A DNA stretch of 64,000 nt from Bacteroidales bacterium (GTDB lineage Bacteria; Bacteroidota; Bacteroidia; Bacteroidales; UBA12077), in contig JAQIBH010000071.1 of assembly GCA_027859205.1 (NCBI GenBank), forward strand, positions 5,807-69,806. The letters run 5' to 3'. Below are positions 37,924 through 48,926 of this stretch, one piece after another. Below the pieces are notes generated by a model that saw only the letters and a program-made list of their open reading frames with translations, was not told the origin of the DNA and did no database searches. How positions within the stretch are numbered: the stretch's first letter is position 1; each line of letters begins with the position of its first letter. The position numbers and the translations under genes were made by a program.

Positions 37924-38067
37924 GAATTAATTTATATGTTTTACAACATACCTGGAGTGCCCGTAATTATAGGCTTGTGTAAACATGTCGATTATTATTG
38001 AAGTAAAGGTTTGATTTGAAACGCAAAGTTGATATTTTAGCCAGTCGAAAAAAATAATTGCTTAAAA

Positions 38068-39363
38068 ATGAAAAATCTAGTTCCAGTATTACTATTAATT
38101 GGCTTAATCTCTTGTCAGCCAAAAACAAATCCAAATGAAGTTTTAAATCTTATTGCAGAAGATTATGTAAAATTAGTATTAGAAGCGGGTTTATACGATC
38201 CGTATTTTGTTGATGCATATTACGGACCTGAAGAATGGAAACCCGAAAATCTTACTAATGTTAATGTTGGAATTCCTTCTGAAAATCTTTTAATAAAAGT
38301 AAGGAATCTTAATAATAAGTTAAAAGCAATTGATCAAAATAAATTAAACGAAGATTTAATTCTTCGACATAGATATTTGGTAAAACAACTTATAGCTGTG
38401 CAAGGTAGAATTGAATTGTTAAGCGGAAAGAAGTTTTCTTTTGATGAGGAAACATCAGTTTTATACGATGTTGTTACACCAAATTATAAAGTTGAGGATT
38501 TTGAATCTGTAATACAAAAATTAAATGAACTTTTACCTGGCAAGGGTGATTTAAATGAGCGTTTAAATGAGTTCAAAAAAGATTTTATTATTCCAAATGA
38601 CAAACTTGAGGAGGTCTTTAATGTTGCTATTGCTGAAGCAAGAAGGAAGACACTAAAATATATTGATTTACCTGAAAATGAAAATTTTGTTTTAGAATTT
38701 GTTTCTGATAAACCATGGGGAGGTTATAATTGGTATAAAGGAAATAATTTTAGTTTAATCCAAATTAATACCGATTTACCTGTTTATATTGATAGAGCTA
38801 TTGATTTAGCGGCTCATGAAGGATATCCAGGTCATCATGTTTATAATTGCTTGTTAGAATCCAATATGGTTAAAAAGAATAAGTGGATGGAATTTTCTGT
38901 TTATCCTTTGTATAGTCCTCAGTCATTAATAGCCGAAGGAACTGCTAATTTTGGTATAGAAATGGCTTTTCCCTATGATGAGAAAATTAAATTTGAAAAA
39001 GAAATTTTGTTTCCTTTAGCTGGATTAGATCCCGAAAAAGTTGAGAAATATTACGAAGTATTATCTTTGGTTTCAAAAGTGTCTTATGTAAGAAATGCTG
39101 CTGCAGAAGCATATTTGAATAGTGAAAAATCAAAAGAAGAAACTATTGAATGGTTAGTGAAATATGCTTTGCGAAATCGTGAAAGTGCCAAAAAAAGTTT
39201 AAGTTTTATCGAAGCATACAGAAGCTATATTATTAATTATAATGTTGGTTTGGATATGGTTAGGAATTACATGGAATCCAATTCAGAAAATATGGACGAA
39301 AAGTGGGAGAGGTTTGAATATCTGATTTCTACACCACAGGTACCTTCAAATCTAGTTGAATAA
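38068..39363 (+). CDS. Lipoprotein, DUF885-like putative metallopeptidase
   Basis: 431 aa. Lipobox LIGLISC. AAHEGYPGHH resembles the HExxPGHH signature of DUF885 proteins. The assignment is tentative. Confidence 0.4.
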   Translation: MKNLVPVLLLIGLISCQPKTNPNEVLNLIAEDYVKLVLEAGLYDPYFVDAYYGPEEWKPENLTNVNVGIPSENLLIKVRNLNNKLKAIDQNKLNEDLILRHRYLVKQLIAVQGRIELLSGKKFSFDEETSVLYDVVTPNYKVEDFESVIQKLNELLPGKGDLNERLNEFKKDFIIPNDKLEEVFNVAIAEARRKTLKYIDLPENENFVLEFVSDKPWGGYNWYKGNNFSLIQINTDLPVYIDRAIDLAAHEGYPGHHVYNCLLESNMVKKNKWMEFSVYPLYSPQSLIAEGTANFGIEMAFPYDEKIKFEKEILFPLAGLDPEKVEKYYEVLSLVSKVSYVRNAAAEAYLNSEKSKEETIEWLVKYALRNRESAKKSLSFIEAYRSYIINYNVGLDMVRNYMESNSENMDEKWERFEYLISTPQVPSNLVE

Positions 39364-39383
39364 AATATGAATAATTAAAAGGA

Positions 39384-39415
39384 AACCTTGCCAGGGTTTA
39401 AAACCCTGACAAGGT
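39384..39415. terminator. Bidirectional terminator hairpin between convergent genes
   Basis: AACCTTGCCAGGGTTT / AAACCCTGACAAGGTT long stem with one mismatch. It lies between the stop at 39363 and the alaS stop at 39423. Confidence 0.65.
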
Positions 39416-39422
39416 TATATAA

Positions 39423-42062
39423 TTACTTAATAAGTTCTTTAACTTTTTCAATAGCAGCTTCTAATCCTTCAGGTTTTTTACCACCTGCTGTCGCATAAAA
39501 GGCTTGTCCTCCGCCTCCACCTTGGATTTCCTTCGAAACTTCTCTAATTATTTGTGAAGCATCCCATCCTTTTTCCTTTACAAGAGTTTCTGAAATCATT
39601 ACGGATAAATTGGCTTTGCTTTCAATTTCGGCTCCCAGGACTAATACTAAATTGTCAATTTCATTTTTCAATTGAAAAGCAAGATCTTTAATTGCAGCTG
39701 CCGAGTTAAGTCCGACTTTTGCTCCAATGAAACTTATTCCGTTAATTTTAATTATTTGATCTTTGAGATTTTTCTTTATTCCTTGAGCTTGTTCTTTTGT
39801 AGATTCTTCGATTTGCTTATTTAATTTAGCTACCTCATCAAACAATGATTTTACGCTCTCAATAGTATTTTTAGGATTCTTAAATAAAGATTTAATTTCG
39901 TTTAGTTCTTGAATCTGAGTAGAAACATATTCAACAACTTTTTCGCCTGTTATTGCTTCAATTCTTCTAATTCCTGATGCAATAGAACTTTCGTGCATGA
40001 TTTTAAAAAATCCTATTTGCCCTGTGTTAGAAACATGTGTACCACCACACAATTCAACCGAATCATCAAATTTAATTACTCGAACTGTATCACCATATTT
40101 TTCTCCAAATAAAGCAAGTGCACCCATGCCTGATGCAACCTTTATCGGGATATTACGATGTTCATCAAGCGAAATATTTCCTCTGATTTTTTCATTAACC
40201 AAAACTTCAATATTTCTGATTTCATCATCAGTTAATTTTTGAAAATGACTAAAGTCAAATCGTAAATGTTCAGGATTTACTAATGAACCTTTTTGTTCCA
40301 CATGTTCGCCTAAAACTTTTCTTAAAGCATAATGAAGTAGGTGAGTTGCTGTATGATTATTTGTTGTTGAAATTCTTTTGTTAGAGTTTACTATTGCTTT
40401 AAAATCTGCTTTTGGGTCAACAGGAAGTTTTTCTGTAACATGAATACTTAAATTATTTTCTTTAATAGTATTTAAAATACTAATTTTTTCACCATTTGCC
40501 TCAATATATCCTTTGTCGCCAACTTGTCCGCCACTTTCTGCATAAAAAGGAGACATGTTGAACACTAATTGGTAAAACTCTTTCTTCTTTTGCTTTACTT
40601 TTCTGTATTTGGTAATTTTAATTTCCGTTTCAAGAAAATCATACCCGACAAATTCTTCAACATCATCTTTTAACAATTCAATCCAATCTTCCGTATCAAC
40701 ACTTGCTGCACTTCTTGATCTGTTTTTCTGACTTTCCATTTCATCTTCAAACTCTTTTTTATTAACTGCTAGATTATGTTCTCGTGCAATAAGTTCAGTT
40801 AAATCGAAAGGAAAACCATAAGTGTCGTATAGTTCAAAAGCAATTTTACCAGGAATTACATTATAATCTTCGTCCTCGATATTTTTAATAATTTTATCTA
40901 AAAGCCGAATTCCGGTTTCAAGTGTTTTAAGAAATGATGTTTCTTCCTCGAATATCACCTTTTCAATTAATTCTTTTTGATTTATTAATTCAGGATATGC
41001 TTCACCTAATATCTCAATTAATACATTCAGTAATTTATAAATAAAAGGTTCGTTAAATCCTAAAAATGTATATCCATAACGCACGGCACGGCGTAAGATA
41101 CGACGAATAACATAACCTGCTTTAACATTTGAAGGTAATTGTCCGTCTGCAATCGAAAAGCTGATTGCTCTTAAATGATCCGAAATAACACGCATTGCAA
41201 TATCTGCTTGCTCATTTTTTTCATAAATCTTTCCTGCAGCTTTAGCAATTGATTGAATAAGAGGTTGAAAAACGTCGGTATCATAATTAGATTTTTTACC
41301 TTGCAATGCCATACAAAGTCTTTCAAATCCCATTCCAGTATCTACATGTTTGCTTGGTAGTACATCTAGACTGCCGTTTGATTTCCTATTATATTGAATA
41401 AAAACAAGGTTCCAAACTTCAATTACAAGTGGGTGATCTTTGTTCACCAACTTTGAACCCGGAGTTTCTTTACGTTCCTCATCGTTTCGCAGGTCAATAT
41501 GTAATTCAGAACAGGGCCCACAAGGACCTGTTTCTCCCATTTCCCAAAAGTTATCTTTTTTAGATCCGTTTAATATCCGGCTTTCTGGTAAATATTTTTT
41601 CCAATGATCCTGTGCTTCAATATCTAATTCAAGATTATCGTCGGTACTTCCTTCAAATATGGTTGCATATATCCTCTCTGGGACAATTCCCATTTCAGTA
41701 ACCAGAAATTCATAGGCCCACTCAATAGCTTCTTTTTTAAAGTATCCGCTTGCGGGAATTGAAGGGTCTCCGAAAGACCAATTTCCAAGCATTTCGAACA
41801 TTGTATGATGATATGTATCATGACCAACTTCTTCAAGATCATTATGCTTTCCTGAAACTCTTAAACATTTCTGAGAATCTGTAACTCGGGAGTTTTTAGC
41901 AGTATTGTTTCCAAGAAAAATATCTTTAAACTGATTCATTCCCGCATTAGTAAACATGAGGCTTGGATCGTTTTTTATAACCATTGGAGCCGAAGGAACT
42001 ATAACGTGATTTTTTCTTTCAAAAAAATTTAAAAACTTACTTCTGATTTCTTTCGAATTCAT
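39423..42062 (-). CDS. alaS: Alanine-tRNA ligase
   Basis: 879 aa. [10 protein letters not shown], class II core, editing-domain HTATHLLH and CGGTH, C-terminal DHHA1-like GGGGQ. Confidence 0.95.
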   Translation of the reverse strand: MNSKEIRSKFLNFFERKNHVIVPSAPMVIKNDPSLMFTNAGMNQFKDIFLGNNTAKNSRVTDSQKCLRVSGKHNDLEEVGHDTYHHTMFEMLGNWSFGDPSIPASGYFKKEAIEWAYEFLVTEMGIVPERIYATIFEGSTDDNLELDIEAQDHWKKYLPESRILNGSKKDNFWEMGETGPCGPCSELHIDLRNDEERKETPGSKLVNKDHPLVIEVWNLVFIQYNRKSNGSLDVLPSKHVDTGMGFERLCMALQGKKSNYDTDVFQPLIQSIAKAAGKIYEKNEQADIAMRVISDHLRAISFSIADGQLPSNVKAGYVIRRILRRAVRYGYTFLGFNEPFIYKLLNVLIEILGEAYPELINQKELIEKVIFEEETSFLKTLETGIRLLDKIIKNIEDEDYNVIPGKIAFELYDTYGFPFDLTELIAREHNLAVNKKEFEDEMESQKNRSRSAASVDTEDWIELLKDDVEEFVGYDFLETEIKITKYRKVKQKKKEFYQLVFNMSPFYAESGGQVGDKGYIEANGEKISILNTIKENNLSIHVTEKLPVDPKADFKAIVNSNKRISTTNNHTATHLLHYALRKVLGEHVEQKGSLVNPEHLRFDFSHFQKLTDDEIRNIEVLVNEKIRGNISLDEHRNIPIKVASGMGALALFGEKYGDTVRVIKFDDSVELCGGTHVSNTGQIGFFKIMHESSIASGIRRIEAITGEKVVEYVSTQIQELNEIKSLFKNPKNTIESVKSLFDEVAKLNKQIEESTKEQAQGIKKNLKDQIIKINGISFIGAKVGLNSAAAIKDLAFQLKNEIDNLVLVLGAEIESKANLSVMISETLVKEKGWDASQIIREVSKEIQGGGGGQAFYATAGGKKPEGLEAAIEKVKELIK

Positions 42063-42214
42063 AAAAACCTATTTTAAAAAGAGTTAAAACTTATCAATTA
42101 ATATATTACGTAAGATCATTTATATATTATTGGGTTGTAAAATTAAATTATTTAAGTTAGATTTGTCGCTTACGTTGTATTTTTTTATGTTGAATACATT
42201 AAGTTTATTAGAAT

Positions 42215-43186
42215 ATGTCGAAAATCAAATATCAATTTGATTCAAAAACTCTCACTTTTAAAAAAGTTAAACTTGTTTGGAAACAAATTTTCCAAAGAAT
42301 ATTGATTTTCATTTTAGTTACTGGAATTTCAGCACTTGTTGTTAACCATATTTACACCTCTTTTTATAAAACACCTAAAGTTTTAATGCTAGAAGAGGAA
42401 GGTGAAATTCTTTTATCAAAATATGATGGTTTAAACGAGAGGATGATTGATATAAATCTTGTAATCAATGATATGCAGCAAAGGGATGATCATTTTTACA
42501 GATCTATTTTTGAATTAGAACCTATTCCGCCATCCGTTAGAGAAGCAGGTTTTGGTGGTGCAAATCGTTATCTTGAATTTGAGGGTTATATTAATTCTGA
42601 TGTGTTAATAGGTACATTTAAAAAAATAGATGTAATATCCAAAAAAATATATGTACAGTCTAAATCCTTTGATACAGTAATAGAATTAGCCAAGAATAAA
42701 GAGAAAATGATTGCCTGTATACCGGCTATTCAACCAGTAGCAATAAAAGATTTTAATCGTATCAGTGATTATTTTGGTTCACGAAGTGATCCGTTTACTG
42801 GAAAATCTACAATGCATCATGGCATGGACTTTACAGGACCTGAAGGAGCTGATATTTTTGCAACTGGCGATGGAGTAGTTGTAGAATCGGGATATTCTTT
42901 CTATGGTTATGGCAATCGAGTTGTTATAGATCATGGATATGGTTATAAAACTGTTTACGCCCATTTGCAAAAAATAACTGTTGATGAAGGTCAAAAAGTG
43001 AAACGAGGAGAAGTTATAGGAACACTTGGAAATACTGGTCGTTCAACAGGAGCACATATACATTATGAGGTTAAATTAAATGACAGAACTATTGATCCTA
43101 TCAACTATTATTTTAATGATATTTCTTCTGAAGAGTACGAATTAATGGTTGCTGCCTGCTCAAAAAGACGTATCCCAATGGATTAG
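42215..43186 (+). CDS. M23 (LytM-type) peptidase, membrane-anchored, paralog A
   Basis: 323 aa. N-terminal TM helix, coiled coil, HHGMDF (HxxxD) and HIHYEV (HxH) metal ligands. Confidence 0.85.
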   Translation: MSKIKYQFDSKTLTFKKVKLVWKQIFQRILIFILVTGISALVVNHIYTSFYKTPKVLMLEEEGEILLSKYDGLNERMIDINLVINDMQQRDDHFYRSIFELEPIPPSVREAGFGGANRYLEFEGYINSDVLIGTFKKIDVISKKIYVQSKSFDTVIELAKNKEKMIACIPAIQPVAIKDFNRISDYFGSRSDPFTGKSTMHHGMDFTGPEGADIFATGDGVVVESGYSFYGYGNRVVIDHGYGYKTVYAHLQKITVDEGQKVKRGEVIGTLGNTGRSTGAHIHYEVKLNDRTIDPINYYFNDISSEEYELMVAACSKRRIPMD

Positions 43187-43202
43187 TTTTAAATTATTTC
43201 CT

Positions 43203-43210
43203 TATATTTG
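43203..43210 (+). promoter_or_regulatory. Putative -7 promoter box (TAtaTTTG)
   Basis: Exact TAnnTTTG match 20 nt upstream of ATG 43231. Confidence 0.4.
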
Positions 43211-43230
43211 CTCCATTAATTAATGAATTG

Positions 43231-44202
43231 ATGGCGAAAATAAAATATAAGTTTAATCACAATTCTATAAGTTACGAAAAAATAGTACTTTCTGGGAAAC
43301 AGAAGTTTTATCGTTTCTTAACCTACCTTTCGGCTACATTAATTATCGCAATTATTTATAATGTAGCTTTTACCCTGTTTTTCGATACTCCAAAAGAAAA
43401 AGGATTAATAAGAGAAAATAAGCAATTAGCCGACCAATATATAAATTTAAATAATAAGTTTGATTTAGTAGAAAATACTCTTGAGGATTTAAAAAAGAGA
43501 GATGATAATATTTATCGTGTAATTTTTGAAGCTGAACCTATACCAGCATCGGTTCGATCAGCAGGTTTTGGAGGTACAAACAGATATGTTGATTTGCAGG
43601 GTTTCAAGAGCTCTGAATTGGTAGTTGAAATTGCTCAAAGACTTGACAAGATTACTAAAGAATTATACGTTCAATCAAAATCCTATGATGAAGTAATTGA
43701 AATGGCAGAGAACAAAGAAGAGATGGTTGCTGCTGTTCCTGCAATTATGCCAATTTCAAACAAAGATTTAAGACGAACAGCTTCGGGCTGGGGGTGGAGA
43801 ATTCATCCGATATATAAAATTAGGAAGTTTCATTACGGAATGGATTTTACGGCGCAAACAGGAACCGAAATTTATGTAACTGGAGATGGTGTTGTTGAGG
43901 TTGTGGATAATTCATTGAGAGGTTATGGTAAAAGAATTGTTGTAAATCATGGCTTTGGTTATAAAACTTTATATGCACATTTAAATGGTTTTAATGTTCG
44001 CAAAGGACAAAAAGTTAAACGAGGTGAAGTAATAGGATTTGTCGGATCATCTGGTACATCGACAGCTCCTCATTTGCATTACGAAGTATTTAAAAATAAT
44101 AATAAAGTTAATCCTGTTCATTATTACTTTAATGATTTAACTGCCGAAGAATTTGATAAAATGATATTTATATCTTCAAACAGTGGTCAATCATTTGATT
44201 AA
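43231..44202 (+). CDS. M23 (LytM-type) peptidase, membrane-anchored, paralog B
   Basis: Collinear with paralog A over its full length. FHYGMDF and HLHYEV are retained. The ATG at 43231 is preferred over the TTG at 43228. Confidence 0.85.
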   Translation: MAKIKYKFNHNSISYEKIVLSGKQKFYRFLTYLSATLIIAIIYNVAFTLFFDTPKEKGLIRENKQLADQYINLNNKFDLVENTLEDLKKRDDNIYRVIFEAEPIPASVRSAGFGGTNRYVDLQGFKSSELVVEIAQRLDKITKELYVQSKSYDEVIEMAENKEEMVAAVPAIMPISNKDLRRTASGWGWRIHPIYKIRKFHYGMDFTAQTGTEIYVTGDGVVEVVDNSLRGYGKRIVVNHGFGYKTLYAHLNGFNVRKGQKVKRGEVIGFVGSSGTSTAPHLHYEVFKNNNKVNPVHYYFNDLTAEEFDKMIFISSNSGQSFD

Positions 44203-44212
44203 AAATTATTGC

Positions 44213-45694
44213 ATGAAATTTATTTATAAACTTATTATAGTTCCCCTTTTTTTGGGGAATTTTTTTTATGCGGCTGCTCAAAACAATGCCGCAGTAAATG
44301 ATACTATAATAACAGATACGTTGACATATCCGATTATTCAAACATTTTTAGGTAATTGGCAACGCAACTTTTATGGAAAAAATGCACCTGACACTCTAGG
44401 TATAGTTTGGAAACACTATTTAGGAAAAGGTGAAACTGTAATTTCTCGTAAAGCAGGATCACGAATATGGGCTGGCGCAGGATGGACAGGTCAACCCTTA
44501 TTGGTAAAAGAAAAGGGTAAGCTTTATTTGATTCAAGGTGCTTATGATCATCATTTAAAAAAAATTGAAGCAGAAACCGGTAATTTAGTTTGGCAATACA
44601 AATTTGATGATGTTGTGAAAGGTACAGGAACATTGTGGATGAATAATAATGCTGTGAAGCCTGAAAACAGAATAGTAATTTTACAAGGTAGTAGATTGGG
44701 TGTTGGAAATTATTTAGATACAAAACATATCCCAAGTTATAGGGCAATCTCATATTTTACGGGTAAAGAATTATGGCGAATGGATCAAAAATGGACACAT
44801 AGCTATTCCCGCGATGTTGATGGTTCAGCACTAATTTTAAATGATACTGCTTATTTAGGTTTGGAAAACTCCTATTTTACTGTATTTGATCCGGATCCGG
44901 ATAATGGTAAATTATTGAATGATATGTTTCAACCTAATATTATTCAAGAAAGAAAACTTTACACTATGGATGACGTGTATAAACATCGAAATAATGTTGT
45001 TACCGAATCATCTCCTTCATTATTTAATAATAGAATTTATATTGCTTCGGGCTCTGGGCATATTTTTGGATATAATTTAGAAACTAAAGAATTAGATTGG
45101 GATTTTTATATTGGATCAGATATAGATGGTTCTGCAATTGTAAGTTCTGATAGTTGTATTTTAGTATCGGTTGAGAAACAATATATTAAAGGTAAAGGTG
45201 GAGTTTTTAAATTAAATCCTTCGGAAAAACCTGAAGATGCTACTGTATGGTTTTTCCCTGTTGAAAATAAGGAATTTGCCGGATGGGAAGGTGGTGTTAT
45301 TGGTTCTGTGGGAATAAATGACAACTATATTAATAAGGAGCAAATGCATTTAGCTGCTTTTGTTGGAATTGATGAATATCTTTATATAGTAAATCATAAA
45401 AGTCTTGATTCAACAAAAACAGTTTTAGGCCCTGACAGTTCAGCGGTTTATAATACTCCTAAACTTATATATAAGAAAAAGGTAGGACCTTCTATTTCTA
45501 CACCTATCTTTGTTGATGATAAATTAATTGTTGCAGGTTATTGGGGAATTCATCTTTTTAAATATAATAATAATACCTTTGAATTGATTGATAAACGCGA
45601 GGGTTCATTTGAATCTACTCCAATAGTTTGGGATAATAAAATATATGTTGCATCACGCGATGGTTATTTATATTGTTTTGGAATAAAATATTAA
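44213..45694 (+). CDS. Exported PQQ-like (BamB-like) beta-propeller repeat protein
   Basis: Start at ATG 44213 (MKFIYKLIIVPLFL signal). Repeated G.LVWQY / ELWRMD / ELDWDF / IYVASRDGYLYCF blades. Confidence 0.7.
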   Translation: MKFIYKLIIVPLFLGNFFYAAAQNNAAVNDTIITDTLTYPIIQTFLGNWQRNFYGKNAPDTLGIVWKHYLGKGETVISRKAGSRIWAGAGWTGQPLLVKEKGKLYLIQGAYDHHLKKIEAETGNLVWQYKFDDVVKGTGTLWMNNNAVKPENRIVILQGSRLGVGNYLDTKHIPSYRAISYFTGKELWRMDQKWTHSYSRDVDGSALILNDTAYLGLENSYFTVFDPDPDNGKLLNDMFQPNIIQERKLYTMDDVYKHRNNVVTESSPSLFNNRIYIASGSGHIFGYNLETKELDWDFYIGSDIDGSAIVSSDSCILVSVEKQYIKGKGGVFKLNPSEKPEDATVWFFPVENKEFAGWEGGVIGSVGINDNYINKEQMHLAAFVGIDEYLYIVNHKSLDSTKTVLGPDSSAVYNTPKLIYKKKVGPSISTPIFVDDKLIVAGYWGIHLFKYNNNTFELIDKREGSFESTPIVWDNKIYVASRDGYLYCFGIKY

Positions 45695-45757
45695 ATTTGA
45701 TTGTTTCATTTTATTTTTTAAATTTAATGGTTCATTAAATCTTAATAAAAATCAGAT

Positions 45758-46093
45758 ATGCCATATAAAGAAAAACGAGTTGAGAAACTATATTACAGTA
45801 TTGGCGAGGTAGCTGAAATGTTTAATGTAAATCCTTCATTAATTCGTTACTGGGAAAAAGAGTTTGATATTATTAAGCCTAAGAAAAATAAAAAAGGAAA
45901 CCGATTTTTTACAATTGATGATATTGAGCATTTTCATATTATATATTATTTGGTTAAAGAATTAGGTTTAACATTAAAAGGTGCACAAAAGAAGCTCAAA
46001 GAAAATAAAGAAGGTGCCATGAATAATTTTGCTGTGGTAAAATCCTTGAAAGAAATAAAATCATTACTGTTAGAAATTCGGGAGGATATTTAA
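45758..46093 (+). CDS. MerR-family transcriptional regulator
   Basis: 111 aa. YSIGEVAEMFNVNPSLIRYWEKEF helix-turn-helix. Confidence 0.8.
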   Translation: MPYKEKRVEKLYYSIGEVAEMFNVNPSLIRYWEKEFDIIKPKKNKKGNRFFTIDDIEHFHIIYYLVKELGLTLKGAQKKLKENKEGAMNNFAVVKSLKEIKSLLLEIREDI

Positions 46094-46135
46094 GCTTAGT
46101 TTTTTTTATCTGTTTAATCCAAAAATTATAAATAT

Positions 46136-47230
46136 ATGAAGCTGAAAGAAATTAGTTCTTATATAGAATCATTTGCGCCATTGGCATATCAAGAAGATTA
46201 CGACAATGCTGGATTAATTGTTGGGAATTCTGAAATGGAATTAACAGGTGCGTTGGTTACTGTTGATGTAACCGAGGAAATTGTTGATGAAGCTATAAAG
46301 AAGAGCTTAAATTTAATCCTTACTCATCATCCGATTGCATTTACAGGATTGAAAAAGATAACAGGTAAAAATTTTACCGAGCGCATAGTAATTAAGGCAA
46401 TTAAAAATGACATAGCCATATACTCTGCACATACAAATTTAGATAGTGTTTGGGGTGGAGTTAGCAGTAAAATTGCAGATAAATTAAAACTTAAAAACCA
46501 AAAAATTTTAGCTCCCGTTTCCGATCAGCTTTTTAAATTAGTTTATTTTGTTCCTATCGATCATGCAGAAAAAACACGTAAAGCCATATTTGAAACGGGC
46601 GCAGGGACTATTGGTGATTATGATTCTGCAAGTTTTAATTCCCAAGGCAAAGGAACTTTTAAGGCGGGCCAAGGTGCAAAACCATTTGTAGGTAATAAGG
46701 GAGACCTTCATGTTGAGGATGAAATACGAATTGAAATAATTTTCCCTAAATATCTTAAAAATAAAGTTGCAAAGGCACTTATAGAATCTCATCCGTACGA
46801 GGAAGTGGCATTTGACATTTATTCCTTGGAAAATAATTTTAACCGAGTAGGTTATGGGATCGTTGGTGAGTTGGAAAATGAGATTAATGAATTGGATTTT
46901 TTAAATGGCTTAAAAGACAGTTTTTCAGCTAAATGTGTTAGACATACAAATTTGTTAAATAAACCTGTAAAGAAAGTTGCAGTTTGTGGTGGAAGCGGAA
47001 GCTTTTTATTGAAAAATGCAATAAGTGAAAAAGCCGATGTATTTGTTTCGGGAGATTTTAAGTATCATCAGTTTTTTGAATCAGAAGCGAAAATTGTAAT
47101 TGCCGATATTGGGCATTTTGAATCTGAACAAATTACAAAAGAACTTTTTTATGAGTTACTTATAAAAAAATTCCCTAAATTTGCGGTTCATTTGACTGGA
47201 ATAAATTCAAATCCGATAAATTATTTATAA
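46136..47230 (+). CDS. Nif3-like dinuclear metal centre protein (GTP cyclohydrolase 1 type 2 homolog)
   Basis: 364 aa. ILTHHP, YSAHTNLD, a PII-like insert, and C-terminal GHFESE. Confidence 0.85.
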   Translation: MKLKEISSYIESFAPLAYQEDYDNAGLIVGNSEMELTGALVTVDVTEEIVDEAIKKSLNLILTHHPIAFTGLKKITGKNFTERIVIKAIKNDIAIYSAHTNLDSVWGGVSSKIADKLKLKNQKILAPVSDQLFKLVYFVPIDHAEKTRKAIFETGAGTIGDYDSASFNSQGKGTFKAGQGAKPFVGNKGDLHVEDEIRIEIIFPKYLKNKVAKALIESHPYEEVAFDIYSLENNFNRVGYGIVGELENEINELDFLNGLKDSFSAKCVRHTNLLNKPVKKVAVCGGSGSFLLKNAISEKADVFVSGDFKYHQFFESEAKIVIADIGHFESEQITKELFYELLIKKFPKFAVHLTGINSNPINYL

Positions 47231-47234
47231 AAAT

Positions 47235-47993
47235 ATGGCGAAAGTAAAGGAAACTACAGACTTAACTGTTGAGGAAAAATTAAAAGCATTATTTGAACTA
47301 CAGATGGTAGATTCAGAAATTGATAATATTAAGCGTTTACGTGGAGAGCTTCCTCTTGAGGTTCAGGATTTGGAAGATGAAATAGAAGGATTACAAACTC
47401 GCGTTCAAAAATTTGATGACGATGCAGTTAAAATGGAAGAATCTATATTGAGCAAGAAGAATGAAATTACGGATGCTCAAGCATTAATAAAAAAATATAC
47501 TGAACAACAAAACAATGTTCGTAATAATCGTGAATTTGATTCTTTATCTAAAGAAATTGAATTTCAAACTTTAGAAATTGAACTTTGCGAAAAAAGAATT
47601 AAAGAGTTCACATCAAAAATAGAAGATAAGAAAAAAGTAATTGAGGAATCAAAGAGAGTTCTTGAAGATCGTTCTGGTGCTTTAGATGCTAAAAATACTG
47701 AATTAAATTCTATTACTTCTGAAACACAAAAAGAAGAAGAAGATTTAGAAAAGAAATCTGTAGCAATTCAAGAGCTTATAGAAGATCGATTAAGAAATGC
47801 TTATAAAAAAATCAGAGGAAATGCTCGAAATGGATTAGCTGTTGTTCTTGTTCAACGTGATGCTTGTGGTGGTTGTTTTAATAAAATACCTCCTCAACGT
47901 CAGTTAGATGTTCGATCAAGAAAGAAAATTATTGTTTGTGAATATTGTGGTCGTATTTTGGTTGACCCTGATATGGAAGAAGAATTTAAATAG
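47235..47993 (+). CDS. Coiled-coil C4 zinc-ribbon protein (DUF164 / HP0958-like)
   Basis: 252 aa. Long heptad-rich region, then CGGCFNKIPPQ...CEYCGRIL. Starts 4 nt after Nif3. Confidence 0.65.
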   Translation: MAKVKETTDLTVEEKLKALFELQMVDSEIDNIKRLRGELPLEVQDLEDEIEGLQTRVQKFDDDAVKMEESILSKKNEITDAQALIKKYTEQQNNVRNNREFDSLSKEIEFQTLEIELCEKRIKEFTSKIEDKKKVIEESKRVLEDRSGALDAKNTELNSITSETQKEEEDLEKKSVAIQELIEDRLRNAYKKIRGNARNGLAVVLVQRDACGGCFNKIPPQRQLDVRSRKKIIVCEYCGRILVDPDMEEEFK

Positions 47994-48012
47994 AAAATAT
48001 ATTATATAAAAA

Positions 48013-48044
48013 AGGGCTGATAAGAAATTACCGGCCCTTGTTAT
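48013..48044. terminator. Probable terminator hairpin (mainly for the minus-strand operon)
   Basis: AGGGCTG...CGGCCCT 7-bp stem with one G-U pair. On the minus strand it is followed by TTTTTTATAT. Confidence 0.45.
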
Positions 48045-48926
48045 TTAATACCATTCCAATTCGATCCATTCATCTTCCTCTGGAACTATATCGGTAAATT
48101 GTACAACCGAATAAGCCAAGAAAAACCCCATAGCACCATTACTGATATTTCCTACAGGGTTGGCAGGTGGACCATCAAGAGGTCCCATGTTCCATACGGT
48201 TTCGGAAAGGAGCTGAATAATATAGTTGTAATATTCCTCATTTACAGATTGCATTTCTAAAGTAATTGTATCTCCAACAGAAACTTCTTCTACATATTGA
48301 ACAGTCACATCATACATATAAAACCCGTTTATAAAATAATCATCGGAAAAATTTAATTCGTGAAGTGTATCCGATTCTAAAACACCATTTTTATAAACAT
48401 TCCATAAATAATAATCTCCAGGGGTTTCTGGCTCCATTGCATTTAAAAGTACATAAAGATATGGTTCCTTTATATCTGCAGAATCCTCAATTTCTTCTTC
48501 ATTATAGGAATAATCGTAAAATCCAAAATTTATTGAGTCAATTGGCGCACAAAAATTTAATTTACTACTTGCTGAGTAAGTTTCTCCTTCGGAATTAATT
48601 GATAAAGTATAGGTTTTTCCTACTTCTCCCGCCATTGTATCAGTTTCATATAAACCATCAGATATTTCAGTAAGGTTAAATGTGTTTTCTCCATCGTTTA
48701 TTGAAACCGTTGCTCCGGTAACTGTAGGTGCAGGGGTATTTGAAAAATAATCAGCACTTTTGGTTAAGGATATTTGATGTGCGGTTCTTACATCACTAAT
48801 CGATCCTTGAATCACCAATCTAATATACGTGCTTTCTAGTTCAACGTCAAAATCTTCTGTACATGCAGAAATAAAAATCAATAATATAAATGTTATGTAT
48901 ATAATTTTTTTCATAATAATCTTCAT
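48045..48926 (-). CDS. DUF4249-like lipoprotein partnered with TonB-dependent receptor
   Basis: 293 aa. Lipobox LIFISAC. Immediately abuts the receptor stop with no spacer. Confidence 0.55.
   Translation of the reverse strand: MKIIMKKIIYITFILLIFISACTEDFDVELESTYIRLVIQGSISDVRTAHQISLTKSADYFSNTPAPTVTGATVSINDGENTFNLTEISDGLYETDTMAGEVGKTYTLSINSEGETYSASSKLNFCAPIDSINFGFYDYSYNEEEIEDSADIKEPYLYVLLNAMEPETPGDYYLWNVYKNGVLESDTLHELNFSDDYFINGFYMYDVTVQYVEEVSVGDTITLEMQSVNEEYYNYIIQLLSETVWNMGPLDGPPANPVGNISNGAMGFFLAYSVVQFTDIVPEEDEWIELEWY

Noticed and set aside
42063-42214. T-box or other leader upstream of alaS
   Set aside because: I saw only short palindromes (TTACGTAA), with no specifier or antiterminator-like architecture. 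T-box control is also not expected in this phylum.
44183-44212. Longer start for the PQQ-like protein, overlapping the M23 paralog B stop
   Set aside because: The ATG at 44213 yields a canonical signal peptide (MKFIYKLIIVPLFL). The extension adds ten non-signal residues and an overlap. Similar N-terminal trimming was applied at 9712, 23871, 35337, 53987, 56195 and 61249.
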